Positions 18,740-28,461 of a DNA stretch of 64,000 nt are shown here, in pieces. The notes beneath the pieces were generated by a model. It saw only the letters and a program-made list of their open reading frames with translations, was not told where the DNA came from and did no database searches. The DNA lies in NCBI GenBank assembly GCA_963752955.1, contig CAVWAD010000007.1, positions 148,947 through 212,946 on the forward strand, read 5' to 3'. The translations under genes and the position numbers were made by a program. Numbering within the stretch: the stretch's first letter is position 1; each line of letters starts with the position of its first letter. The DNA comes from an uncultured archaeon (GTDB lineage Archaea; Micrarchaeota; Micrarchaeia; Micrarchaeales; CABMGC01).

Positions 18740-19633
18740 ATGGGGTGGGTGAGCATGGGTGGGGACAGTACGAAGTTGAAGAAACAGCTTCCTCCTTCGG
18801 CGGATGGGCCATTGGCGCCCTTGCGTAGGGAAGCGACCGAAACGGAAGCCAAGGATCGGGTACGCCCGAATGCGGTCAAAGCGGAACTGCCGCCGATCGA
18901 AGTCAAAGGTAACGCGAACTCTTTTGAGTACGGCGACGGATTGGGCCACCTCGGCGTGATAATCGACGGGAACAGGCGCTATGGCAAAAACACAGGCAGG
19001 GGGTTGGAAGAGGCGTACAGGCTAGGAGCGGACAAGGTATACGAGGTCGTAAGGCACGTATTCGAAAAAACAGGGATACGTGAGATAAGCATATATGCGC
19101 TATCGAGTGAGAACCTACTGCGCAGGTCGGAGGAGGTGGATGCCATGCTCAGGATACAGAAGCGGGCATTTGACGACTGGGCCGTGGATCCCTTCTTCGG
19201 AGAGAAGGGAATCCAAATAAAGTTCGTCGGGGACAAAAGCATGCTGCCGCCAGACTTCCGGGAAAGCTGCCGCGCGCTCGAGGAGAAGACTTCCGACAAT
19301 AGGGAACGTACGCTCAACATACTTGTGGCCTACGGAGGTCGGCATGAGATAAGTTCCGCTGTAGAGAGTATCATAAGGGAAGCGGTAGCGAAAAGATCGG
19401 AAGAGAGGGGCATGAATGTCGAGACACTCATATCCGAGAACCTCTGCGTCAAGAATCCGGTAGACCTGATCATAAGGACCGGGGGCGGGCACAGGCTGTC
19501 GGGATTCCTGCTCTGGCAGTCCGACTACGCCGAGATAGTCGCGATGGAAAAGCTGTGGCCGGAGGTGGAGATGGAGGACATAGACCGGGCCATCGTGGAG
19601 TTCTGCAACGCCAAGACGAAACACGGATTGTGA
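18740..19633 (+). CDS. uppS: cis-prenyltransferase (UppS family)
   Basis: HLGVIIDGNRRY, YALSSENL.R, AYGGR.EI, DLIIRTGG..RLSGFLLWQSDYAE, LWPE; roughly 60 aa N-terminal extension. Confidence 0.9.
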   Translation: MGWVSMGGDSTKLKKQLPPSADGPLAPLRREATETEAKDRVRPNAVKAELPPIEVKGNANSFEYGDGLGHLGVIIDGNRRYGKNTGRGLEEAYRLGADKVYEVVRHVFEKTGIREISIYALSSENLLRRSEEVDAMLRIQKRAFDDWAVDPFFGEKGIQIKFVGDKSMLPPDFRESCRALEEKTSDNRERTLNILVAYGGRHEISSAVESIIREAVAKRSEERGMNVETLISENLCVKNPVDLIIRTGGGHRLSGFLLWQSDYAEIVAMEKLWPEVEMEDIDRAIVEFCNAKTKHGL

Positions 19634-19662
19634 ATCATCCTAGTTAATCGGGAAGCTCGCAA

Positions 19663-20382
19663 TCATGATGGTGCCTTAATTGCGGCGGCCTGGTTAAGGA
19701 CTACTTCACAGTAGCCGTTCACGCTCTCGCAGGTGAGCGTGCCGAGCACCAGATACTGCGGGCATATCTGCCCCTGCCCGGAGAAGGCCGCCTGCCTCTG
19801 GCTGAGGTAGGCCGGGTAGTAGTCGGAATTCAGGCAGGCGAACTGGCTCGGGACGTTGTTGTCGCACGCGCTTACCTGGACCAGCACGCATCTGGAAGAA
19901 GAGTTGGAGCTGAACATCTCCCGGCTGAAGCTGAAGCCGTCCATCTTCGTGACGTTGAGCACGTCAGACAGGGGCGTTGGAGGGGTCATGTTTGACGCTC
20001 CGCCGTATCGCCCCGCGGCTATGCTGGAGTTCGAATTTGCCTTGACGCCCATGGTGGGTATTGAGGATGGGCTCGGGACGGTGGATGTCAGGCCGTAGAA
20101 GTAGAATTCCAGCGCCACGACCATCACGACGGCGGCGGCTATGAGGTATTTCGCGTTCTTGGCCAAGACCTGGCTCTCCGTCTCCCTGATCCGGTAGTAC
20201 TTCAGCTTCCTAAAGTGCTCGTTCTCGACCCTCTCTATCGCGCCCGCCCTGGAAAGCTCATCGATGTGCTGGCTCACGGTCGCGGTGGACAGGTTCAGGG
20301 ACGCGCTGAGCCCGGTGATCGTCATGTCCTTGTCCCTAAGCAGGCCTAGGATCTTCCTTTTCGTTTCGAGCGTCCTGCTCAT
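19663..20382 (-). CDS. Membrane-anchored ArsR-type wHTH regulator with Cys-rich external domain
   Basis: N-terminal wHTH (TKRKIL..L...LNLSTATVSQHIDEL..AG.I), one TM (YLIAAAVVMVVALEFYFYGL), C-terminal 6-Cys module. Confidence 0.75.
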   Translation of the reverse strand: MSRTLETKRKILGLLRDKDMTITGLSASLNLSTATVSQHIDELSRAGAIERVENEHFRKLKYYRIRETESQVLAKNAKYLIAAAVVMVVALEFYFYGLTSTVPSPSSIPTMGVKANSNSSIAAGRYGGASNMTPPTPLSDVLNVTKMDGFSFSREMFSSNSSSRCVLVQVSACDNNVPSQFACLNSDYYPAYLSQRQAAFSGQGQICPQYLVLGTLTCESVNGYCEVVLNQAAAIKAPS

Positions 20383-20469
20383 GGATTTCAGAATAGATAT
20401 GTGCGGATAGCTATAAAGGGGTTTTCAGAAATGTAGGTTTTGGCGGATTCCCAATCGTGCTGGGGGGAG

Positions 20470-22203
20470 CTAGCGTGCGCGGGGCTTGATAAACTTGAGG
20501 AGGACGTAGAGCGCCACCACTGCGCATACAACCCCCACAACGGCGTACGCTGCCGCATTTGAGCCGCCGGTGGAGTTATTAGTATTATTGCTTGGCACGC
20601 TGGTCGTATGGATGGAAGTGCTACTGTTCGTATAGTTGAAGACGGTGGTGAGCACCGTCGTCTGCGGGACGGTGGTGGTCGTCACGGTAGTGGTGTTTGT
20701 ATTGTTGGTAAGGTAGACGAAGTTCCTCGAAAGATCGAGCGGGCCCACGTACACGTGCACGCCGTGCTCGCTGCTGTTGGTCTGCAAGTCGGTCGTGGCT
20801 TCGACAGTATCGCTGCCGAAGCTGTACACTGATGGAAACGTGGCCAGCGTGCCTTCCGTGGTGTTGTAATAAAGGGAGAGGGAGGCATTCATCTCGGTGA
20901 ATGCGGTCGTTTCCCCATAGCTTTCGCCTCCGAAGACGAACTCCGCATCATACGGCACATTGCTCTGCGCCTTGTAGTATGGAGTAACAATCAGGTAGGC
21001 TTCCCTTGCGGGAATGGAGAAGGTTACGTTATCGTAATAATAAATTCCGTCAGCGGTGTAGTAGCCAAAGGAGACCAGAGGGTGGCCGTCAACCACACTG
21101 GCCATGATGTCTGGATAGAAATATAGGGGGAAGGAGTAATTAGACTGGGGGAGTCTGTACGCATAGTAATTGACGACCGAGCTTGAATTGGCCCAGGTTG
21201 ACATGGTCTGGTATACTCCCCCGATTCCGTGAACTGTCGCGTTTGACAGGGTCGCGTTATCGGTCGAGAAGTTCCATACATTGTTCTCGATGTAATAGCT
21301 CTGGTTGTACGTGTCGAGGCTGAGCACGTCCTGCAGCCAGTAGGTGTAGGTCCTGCCGCCTGAGAGAACATCCATCACTGCATTGAGCTGCAACGACGCC
21401 CCGTATCTTGAGACGTTCGCTGGCGGCATGGCGTTGTAGGCGTATATCGCGGTTATGTTCGCACCGCCCTCGATTAAGTTCGTTTTGATAACGTACGGGA
21501 TTGGCGTGCCGGTATAGTTGTTCAGACCGTAGGAGGCGATGCCTATAGGGAAGGAACTGGCAGAGTAGTCGCCTTTAGGGACGGGATCTACGAGGGTCGG
21601 CGTCGCATTTATGATTATGAACGCCTTTGTCGGGGTGCTGGAGGAGTAATTGATTATGTAAGGGCCTCTGTTTAGGTGTATTCCCCAATTTGAGCCGTAG
21701 AGGTCATTGTTGAAGGTGGCGTTGTCGTAGGTTCCTGTCATGTTCATGTTTATGGGAACGGTGCTGATTATCGTGATGTTTACGATGCTGTAGTTCAATA
21801 AGGTCAGGGGGTAATAGTATACGCCATTTATGTTGGCCTGTCTCACCTGGCCGGTCTGGGCGGCGGTCACCTCTTCTGTTATTTTCACATCGCTGTATGA
21901 GGCGTCCATCACCACAGTATATTGGCCGGGGCTGAGGGATACCTGGTATACGCCGGTGTTTATGGTGGCGTTGTAGACTTCCGTGTAAGGATGGCCGTTA
22001 TCGTAGTTATAGGAATCACTCTGCGGGAGGACGAGCAGCCTTACGGGGCCGCTGGTGTTGATGCCGACCAAAAGTTCGCTCCCTGAACTTATGCTCTCGT
22101 TCCAGGAGTAGTAGTAGCGGTAGGGCAACAGCGTTGCTCCCGTAAAACTGGCGAATATTAGAAGAGCAAGCGGCATCAGGAGAAGGAAAAATCTTTTGTT
22201 CAT
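20470..22203 (-). CDS. Thermopsin-family (peptidase A5) secreted, membrane-anchored protease
   Basis: Signal peptide; PIGIASYGL, ASLQLNAV, YWLQDV, NVWNFS, DAEFVFGG; Thr-rich linker and C-terminal TM; many NxS/T sequons. Confidence 0.85.
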   Translation of the reverse strand: MNKRFFLLLMPLALLIFASFTGATLLPYRYYYSWNESISSGSELLVGINTSGPVRLLVLPQSDSYNYDNGHPYTEVYNATINTGVYQVSLSPGQYTVVMDASYSDVKITEEVTAAQTGQVRQANINGVYYYPLTLLNYSIVNITIISTVPINMNMTGTYDNATFNNDLYGSNWGIHLNRGPYIINYSSSTPTKAFIIINATPTLVDPVPKGDYSASSFPIGIASYGLNNYTGTPIPYVIKTNLIEGGANITAIYAYNAMPPANVSRYGASLQLNAVMDVLSGGRTYTYWLQDVLSLDTYNQSYYIENNVWNFSTDNATLSNATVHGIGGVYQTMSTWANSSSVVNYYAYRLPQSNYSFPLYFYPDIMASVVDGHPLVSFGYYTADGIYYYDNVTFSIPAREAYLIVTPYYKAQSNVPYDAEFVFGGESYGETTAFTEMNASLSLYYNTTEGTLATFPSVYSFGSDTVEATTDLQTNSSEHGVHVYVGPLDLSRNFVYLTNNTNTTTVTTTTVPQTTVLTTVFNYTNSSTSIHTTSVPSNNTNNSTGGSNAAAYAVVGVVCAVVALYVLLKFIKPRAR

Positions 22204-22245
22204 TCTGCCACATTAAAGGATGGGACGTAGTATATTTAAAACTGA

Positions 22246-22788
22246 TCAGAAATGCAGGTCTCCCGCATCCTTTCCTTTCTGCCCGTATCTCGCGAATATC
22301 CTTGCAAGATTGGAATTGCCCACGTCCGTCCCTTCTATCCCTAGCTCCCTGACCGCCTTCCTTATCTCCTTCTCGGTCTTTCCTTCCACTTCGACGAACG
22401 GCGGAACGAGCGGCCAGGTGCATATCGCCACCTCGACCCCCTTGTAGTCCCATCTTTCCAGCTTAGTCTCTTGCCTGTACGGTCTGGGGCCCTTCCAGAG
22501 CTTCGATATTATCTCCGTGGTCTTGTCGAAGTCGCTGACCTCGACTTCAATCTCGTCAGTATTGTCGATATTCTTCCCTCTGTTGTCACGATACTTCCAG
22601 GTCAGCGTTGTCTTCCTGCCATCGGTCCTTATCCTGATCAGCTCGTCCTGATCCGTCGAGTTTGGCATCACATCGAAGACCAGCCTCTTGAGGTAGGACT
22701 TCCCTTTGTATTCGGCCTTGCTTCTCCTAAGGGCAGCCCTCAGCTTCGCCTCGTTGAAGCCTATGATCTTGATCTCTACCTCTTTCAT
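22246..22788 (-). CDS. CYTH-domain protein (class IV adenylate cyclase / triphosphate tunnel fold)
   Basis: EVEIK (ExExK), IRIR, LTWK, EIEVEV, FVEVEG. Confidence 0.85.
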   Translation of the reverse strand: MKEVEIKIIGFNEAKLRAALRRSKAEYKGKSYLKRLVFDVMPNSTDQDELIRIRTDGRKTTLTWKYRDNRGKNIDNTDEIEVEVSDFDKTTEIISKLWKGPRPYRQETKLERWDYKGVEVAICTWPLVPPFVEVEGKTEKEIRKAVRELGIEGTDVGNSNLARIFARYGQKGKDAGDLHF

Positions 22789-22811
22789 AAAACTCAACAG
22801 TTGATTAGAAG

Positions 22812-22883
22812 TGGACTCGGCGGGATTCGCACCCGCGGCCTCGTCGTTGCGAACGACGCGCGCTACTCCTGCGCCACGAGCCC
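22812..22883 (-). tRNA. tRNA-Ala(CGC)
   Basis: Acceptor GGGCTCG/CGAGTCC with G3:U70; anticodon arm CGTCG-TT CGC AA-CGACG; atypical T-loop TGCGAAT. Confidence 0.9.
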
Positions 22884-22925
22884 TTTCATTATTAAATATG
22901 TCATTTTCTATTAAATAGGTTTTGT

Positions 22926-24305
22926 ATGCGCGCGGACAAGGAGAAGACCGCCAGGGCGGTCTTCGAGAGGGTGCTGAGGGCGATCAAGCCCAGCAGGAAG
23001 GAGCTGAAGGAGTTGGTATACAGCGTGAACATGCTCATGGAGCGCCTGAAGCGGGTCCTGCCCAGGGAGGTGGAGGCGAGGGTCGTGGGCTCAGTCGTAC
23101 GGGGCACGCAGCTAAGGGGCGACTCCGACATCGACATATTCCTGCTGTTCAGCAAGACCCACACGCGGGAGAGGATAACCAGGGACGGGATGGAGTACGC
23201 GAAGAGGATAGTGAAAAGGAAGGGCGAGCGGTACGAGATAAAGTACGCTGAACACCCGTACGTGCGGGTCTATCTTGACGACATCGGCGTCAAGGCAGAC
23301 ATAGTCCCGGCCTTCAAGATAGACAACATCGAGGACATGGGCACTTCGGTGGACAGGTCCCCGATGCACGCCGACTTCATGAGCAGGCACCTTTCCGAGA
23401 GGCAGAGGGACGAGGTGAGGCTGCTCAAGTACCTTCTCGACGTCCACGACATATACGGAGCGGAGATTGCCATAGGCGGCTTCTCGGGATACCTCTGCGA
23501 GCTTCTGATACTCCATTACGGGTCGCTGGTGAAGCTGCTGGAGGGCGCGGCTTCTTTCAGGCCGCCGCTCGTGCTCGATCCCAAGACCAGGAGCGCGAAC
23601 GGCGACCCGAAGCTTGCGAGAAGGTTCAACTCGCAGTTCGTGGTGATAGACCCGATCGACGCGAACAGGAACGTCGCGGCGGGGGTGTCCATCGAATCCC
23701 TCGCAAGGTTCTCGATCATGGCGAGGGAGTTCGTCGCGAAGCCAAGTATCAGGTCATTCTACGTCAGAAGGCCTTCGCCCAAGGATTCCGGCAAGCTGCT
23801 GCGGTCATTCATCCGGAAGTCCGGGCTTGACCTCTTCGTGATTGAGACCCGGTTGCCGGACAAGAGCGAGGACATCCTGTGGCCGCAACTACGGAAGGTC
23901 GCGGATTTTATAAAGGGCCACGCGGAAAAATTCGGATTTGGCATCTACTCGGCGATCCCGATAGTCCACCGCGGCAGGGGATTGATGGTGTTCATAGTCC
24001 CGAGAGGGACCCTGAAGACCCGCCTCCTCAGGGGGCCGAGCGCGTTCATGGGGAAGGCCCAGGTGGAATACGCGAGCAACCACAGGGACGCCTTGGGCAC
24101 GACCGTAATAGGGGAGAACGTCTACGTTATCGACGTCAACAGGTACGAGAGCGTCGGAGACGTGTTCAATGACGTCGCAAAGGGAAGGATCATGAAGAGG
24201 CACAAGGACATAAGGGTCGGCGGATCCTTGGTCTTCAGGAACCGCGTCCCCAGGGGCTGCGACGAGATCGTTTATTCCGAGCTGATGAAGAGGATGCGCA
24301 TCTGA
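22926..24305 (+). CDS. cca: Archaeal class I CCA-adding enzyme
   Basis: GSVVRGT.L.GDSDIDIF, YAEHPYV, DIVP, VDRSP.H, GGFSGYLCELL, DPID.NRNVAA. Confidence 0.95.
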   Translation: MRADKEKTARAVFERVLRAIKPSRKELKELVYSVNMLMERLKRVLPREVEARVVGSVVRGTQLRGDSDIDIFLLFSKTHTRERITRDGMEYAKRIVKRKGERYEIKYAEHPYVRVYLDDIGVKADIVPAFKIDNIEDMGTSVDRSPMHADFMSRHLSERQRDEVRLLKYLLDVHDIYGAEIAIGGFSGYLCELLILHYGSLVKLLEGAASFRPPLVLDPKTRSANGDPKLARRFNSQFVVIDPIDANRNVAAGVSIESLARFSIMAREFVAKPSIRSFYVRRPSPKDSGKLLRSFIRKSGLDLFVIETRLPDKSEDILWPQLRKVADFIKGHAEKFGFGIYSAIPIVHRGRGLMVFIVPRGTLKTRLLRGPSAFMGKAQVEYASNHRDALGTTVIGENVYVIDVNRYESVGDVFNDVAKGRIMKRHKDIRVGGSLVFRNRVPRGCDEIVYSELMKRMRI

Positions 24306-24334
24306 ACAGAACCACAAGACGGATAGGTTGTCTT

Positions 24335-24922
24335 ATGACGAATGTAAAGATTCTGATTGAAGGATATGCACGAAAAGTTGAAGGTGGATGGATAGCAAGT
24401 TCTACTACCTGTTTGGTTACCACGGAGAATAAAAAAATAATTACGGATCCGGGCTGCAATCGTGAAAGATTGTTGGAAGCACTGGCAAAAGAAGGTTTAA
24501 CTACGGGCGATATTGATTATGTCTTCCTGTCTCATTGTCACCCCGATCATGTTTTGCTTGCTGGAATCTTCGAAAAGGCAAAATTCGTAACCTTTGATGC
24601 TAATTTAATGTATGATAAAGATCTGTTGCTTGAATTTGATAAGAATGTATTAGGAGAGGACATTGAGATTATCGAAACACCAGGGCATGTGCTTGAACAC
24701 CTTTCACTTTTTATTAATAAACCGGAAGCTAAGATAGCAATTGCCGGTGATGCTATTTGGTGGATTGAAGGAGAGGCACAAGTATTTGACATAAATCAGA
24801 AGGACCAGTCGCAGGCAAAAGGGATGGACATGAACAAATTGATTGAATCTCGCAAAAGAATCTTAGAATTTGCAGACTACGTTATTCCTGGCCATGGAAA
24901 AATGTTTAGGGTAGAAAAATAA
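24335..24922 (+). CDS. MBL-fold metallo-hydrolase (AT-rich gene)
   Basis: DPG, SHCHPDH, TPGH, AGDA, IPGHG. Confidence 0.85.
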   Translation: MTNVKILIEGYARKVEGGWIASSTTCLVTTENKKIITDPGCNRERLLEALAKEGLTTGDIDYVFLSHCHPDHVLLAGIFEKAKFVTFDANLMYDKDLLLEFDKNVLGEDIEIIETPGHVLEHLSLFINKPEAKIAIAGDAIWWIEGEAQVFDINQKDQSQAKGMDMNKLIESRKRILEFADYVIPGHGKMFRVEK

Positions 24923-24949
24923 GGAGGTCAAGTTTAACGCATATTGAAA

Positions 24950-25519
24950 CTAGATTGCGAAATCCCTCTCCTTCTCGATTATCTCCGTGAGTTCATGCAG
25001 CAGGTCTATCTCCCGCGTGCGCACCTCTTTTCCTTCGGCTATCCTGATCATGTTCGGCAGTGTGTCCCTGGACCTGGAGAACATCTCGTAGACCCTGGCG
25101 TAGTTCCTCTCCGCGTGCGCCCCGCAGTAGTCGGTGGCCTCTGAGACCAGGTTCGCCTTGACCTTGTCCTTGCCGTAGCCCCGCGCTACGAGCCTCCTCT
25201 TGATGACGTCAAGGTGCTCCCTCAGCACTACCGCGACGGCGCCGCGTATCCTGAGGTCGCAGAGGATGTGGCCCTCGATTATTACCACGCGGCTGGCGCT
25301 CCCCGCGACAATCCTGCCCAGCTCCCGCTCCAGTTCCTTCATCCTGACTATGCGCGACCCGTCCCTGTCGAAGGAGGAGAAGAGCCTCCTGCTCTTTACG
25401 AGCTCCGTGGCGTGTATCACTTCGGCGCTCCCTATGCGCTTCGCGAGGATGTCGGAGAGCCGCGTCTTGCCCGTGCCCGGAACCCCGGTTATCGCGATTA
25501 CGACCTTCCTGCGCGTCAT
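24950..25519 (-). CDS. Adenylate kinase, archaeal AK6/Fap7 type
   Basis: ITGVPGTGKT, IIEGH, RL.ARGY...KV..N..SE. Confidence 0.85.
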   Translation of the reverse strand: MTRRKVVIAITGVPGTGKTRLSDILAKRIGSAEVIHATELVKSRRLFSSFDRDGSRIVRMKELERELGRIVAGSASRVVIIEGHILCDLRIRGAVAVVLREHLDVIKRRLVARGYGKDKVKANLVSEATDYCGAHAERNYARVYEMFSRSRDTLPNMIRIAEGKEVRTREIDLLHELTEIIEKERDFAI

Positions 25520-26118
25520 TTGGCTGCCCTGCGTGATATGCTGTCGAGTATCCCGTTGACTATGGCGCTGCCGTTCTCCACCGCTAGCACCGGGCTTATC
25601 GGCGGGTTCATGGTCAGTATGTAGTTCTTCGACCCGGAGAAGAGCCATGACCCGATGTAGTACTCCTTGTATGTCGCGGAGACGTTCGCGACGTAGCTCG
25701 AGACGCTCACGAGCTTGCCTATGAGGGGATCGAGCCCGCTGTCGTACTGCTCTATGACTATCGTCTCCTCGTTGTCCGGGTTGCGGTTCACGAAGAGCGG
25801 CCTGATGTAAGGGATCCTCAGGACCGAGGACTTGTTCGAGATCATGGAATCGACCTGCTTGTACTGCGCCGTCGCCTTCTCGAGGACGTCGCCGAGCCTC
25901 TCCTGCTCGTCCTTCAGCCCGTCAAGCAGCTGCGAGAAGTAGCGGTCCACGTCGCCCCTCAGCTTGTCCACCGCCGCCTGTGCGTCCTTCTTGCCCGCGT
26001 AGGCGCCGGGGTTGAGCAGCATCGCCCTGAGGTTCACGCCGTACTTCTTTGATATGACTGGATTAAGGTCCGACACGAATGAATCGGTCTGCGCGTCCCA
26101 GGGAACTCGATTGGCCAT
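25516..26118 (-). CDS. Hypothetical protein with coiled-coil segment
   Basis: 200 aa from MANRVPWD, host-like codon usage, overlaps the AK6 start. Confidence 0.7.
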   Translation of the reverse strand: MANRVPWDAQTDSFVSDLNPVISKKYGVNLRAMLLNPGAYAGKKDAQAAVDKLRGDVDRYFSQLLDGLKDEQERLGDVLEKATAQYKQVDSMISNKSSVLRIPYIRPLFVNRNPDNEETIVIEQYDSGLDPLIGKLVSVSSYVANVSATYKEYYIGSWLFSGSKNYILTMNPPISPVLAVENGSAIVNGILDSISRRAAK

Positions 26119-26172
26119 AGCGGCACCACACGAATATATATTCTCAAGATTATAAACCTTTTGAGTGTTCCG

Positions 26173-26403
26173 ATGCAGGAGATCTCGGCGAGGATCAGGA
26201 AGGACATAGACCTGTTCCAGGACGGCGTCGCGAAGCTGAAATCGGTGGAGCTCGCGGGCAGGGAGAAGGCCGTCTACGACCTGGCCGTCGACTACCGCAA
26301 CGACGCGGCGGCGTGGCTCGAGAAAGGGGACCTGTACACCGCCTTCGCGAGCATATCGTACGCCCACGGGCTCCTCGACGCCCTGATAAAGATAAGGACA
26401 TGA
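26173..26403 (+). CDS. DUF357 family protein
   Basis: A..Y..DA..WLEKGD...AFASISYAHGLLDAL. Confidence 0.85.
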   Translation: MQEISARIRKDIDLFQDGVAKLKSVELAGREKAVYDLAVDYRNDAAAWLEKGDLYTAFASISYAHGLLDALIKIRT

Positions 26404-26407
26404 TCCC

Positions 26408-27532
26408 ATGCGCGCGGCGACCGAAGGAATGGCGAGGATATCAGTCTCGGGGGACGTGTTCTACAACCCGAAGATGGCCAAGCTGAGGGACGTGTCGGTG
26501 CTGTTCCTGAAGGCCGCGGTGGACGGGAAGGCAAGGCTGCTCGACTGCACCGCGGCGAGCGGCGTGCGCGGGATAAGATACGCGCTCGAGGCTGGAATCA
26601 AGGACACCACGCTGCTCGACATAAACGCCGACGCCGCCAGGGCCGCGAGGGCGAACGCGAAGAGGAACGGGCTGAGGCTCAGGGTCGTGAACGAGAGCGT
26701 TCAGGAGTTCGCCAACACGCGCGACGAGGCGTTCGACGTAATAGACCTGGACCCCTTCGGGACCCCGGTGCCTTACGTCCACGACCTGCTGAAGCTCTCT
26801 AAGGACGGGACCCTGTTCATGATAACCGCGACCGACACGGCCACGCTCTGCGGCGCAGAGGAGAAGGCGTGCGTGAAGCTCTACGGGTCGAGGCCCCTGC
26901 ACAACGAGCTGTGCCACGAGGCCGGCGTGAGGATACTCCTAAACTACGTGGCAAGGGAGGCGGCGCAGTTCAACTTCGGGATAGAGCCGGCGCTGAGCAT
27001 AGCCGACATGCACTACATGAGGGTGTTCGTTTTCCTAAGGAGGGGCGCCGAGAAGGCCTACCGCTCGGTGGGCAGTTCGGGATTCGGGTACAGCTGCCCG
27101 AACTGCCACGGCTTCTCGGTAGCCGAGGGGTTCGCGCCCAGAGCGGAGGCCAAGTGCGGCAACTGCGGGAGGCAGAGGGTCGCGTTCGGCCCCCTCTGGC
27201 TGGGAAGGCTTCACGACAGGGAGATCGTCGGGCGCATGGTGGGCAGGGGGAAGGGATACTCCAAAGGGGCGGTCGGGCTGCTGGAGAGCGTGCGCGGCGA
27301 GCTAGATACGCCCTTCTTCTACGACCTGTCCAAGATTACTGAGTACCTCAAGATCAGCTCGGTGCCGCTAGAGAAGGTCGTCGAGGAGCTTGCCAGGAAG
27401 CACCGCGTGAGCAGGACGCACTTCGGCCCGAACTGCATAAAGACCGACGCGGTGGTGGGCGAGGTCATAGCGGCCGTGCGGAAGGCCAGAATAGGACAAT
27501 ACCGCCAGGGCTCCGCACGCGCGGGTCGCTAA
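26408..27532 (+). CDS. trm1: tRNA (guanine26-N2)-dimethyltransferase
   Basis: VFYNPKM..RD, ASGVRGIRY, DVIDLDPFGTP, TATD...LCG, Zn ribbon, GPLWLG.LHD. Confidence 0.93.
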   Translation: MRAATEGMARISVSGDVFYNPKMAKLRDVSVLFLKAAVDGKARLLDCTAASGVRGIRYALEAGIKDTTLLDINADAARAARANAKRNGLRLRVVNESVQEFANTRDEAFDVIDLDPFGTPVPYVHDLLKLSKDGTLFMITATDTATLCGAEEKACVKLYGSRPLHNELCHEAGVRILLNYVAREAAQFNFGIEPALSIADMHYMRVFVFLRRGAEKAYRSVGSSGFGYSCPNCHGFSVAEGFAPRAEAKCGNCGRQRVAFGPLWLGRLHDREIVGRMVGRGKGYSKGAVGLLESVRGELDTPFFYDLSKITEYLKISSVPLEKVVEELARKHRVSRTHFGPNCIKTDAVVGEVIAAVRKARIGQYRQGSARAGR

Positions 27533-28301
27533 CGTCCGCTGCGGTGGGAGATATGCCAATTCCCATTTGCCGCTCCACTGTCATAAGCTCCGTGACCAGC
27601 TTATCTATACTGTTCCAGGTTTTCCCGTTGGAGCAGTATCTATCATAGAGGAATAGGGCAAGTTCATCCCTGCTCTCTTCGAAGCTCTTCATCTTGCTAG
27701 CGCAAGCCTCCCAACCTTCCTCAGTCAGGTAAAAAAGGTATTCCTCTTTAGACATTACTGGACGTATTGCTGCTATACCAAGGCCATCGCGATGGCTGCC
27801 GATAGCTATGCCCTCCTCAGACAGCTCCCACTTTACCTCAGACGTAAGGTTAAATGTGGCAAGCATCGTTCCTACTAAGATGTTTGACGCATAGCACTTG
27901 CGGTCAATCAGGAGGTAGGGACGCCTAGGATCTGAGTCTTTTGGATTGAAGTTAGTATCACAGCCTTCGCAAGACTCCGTCGTTTCGAAATTCCCTCTCT
28001 TGCGTGCGCCTCCGCTTCCCATAAACCCTACCTGCTGCACAACACTCAGCAGCGGCTTGATTCCCTCCTCCACCGACCACAGCGCCTTATAGAATATGTC
28101 GCGGTAAGGCTCGGGCAGTGACTCCCTTAAAGTATCAATATTGGTTGCGGTCTCCGATTTTGCAAAGCGTTCGTGGGCCGCAACCGCCTTAGCAAGTTCA
28201 CTGGCCAGGGCATTGGCTTTCATAAGAATTGCTATTTCTTGCAGACACGTCGTCTCCTTTGGCAGTTCGTCGCTGTGCAAGGTCTCTTTCTGTACAAACA
28301 T
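27465..28301 (-). CDS. Hypothetical protein (lower GC, atypical codons)
   Basis: Long ORF from MFVQKE; convergent overlap with the trm1 3' end. Confidence 0.6.
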   Translation of the reverse strand: MFVQKETLHSDELPKETTCLQEIAILMKANALASELAKAVAAHERFAKSETATNIDTLRESLPEPYRDIFYKALWSVEEGIKPLLSVVQQVGFMGSGGARKRGNFETTESCEGCDTNFNPKDSDPRRPYLLIDRKCYASNILVGTMLATFNLTSEVKWELSEEGIAIGSHRDGLGIAAIRPVMSKEEYLFYLTEEGWEACASKMKSFEESRDELALFLYDRYCSNGKTWNSIDKLVTELMTVERQMGIGISPTAADVSDPRVRSPGGIVLFWPSARPL

Positions 28302-28461
28302 AGATACCGAAGGTATTGGGCTTTCGGAGTATTTAAAAATTGGCTCCGAAATTTTTAGAAGGATGCATAAGAAGAAGCGATGGCTAGAGAGCACTAGGCT
28401 GCGTGCGCTTTATGATGAAGCGGACTTCTTTAATTTGCTGGCCGAAATTGCATTGATTGTA

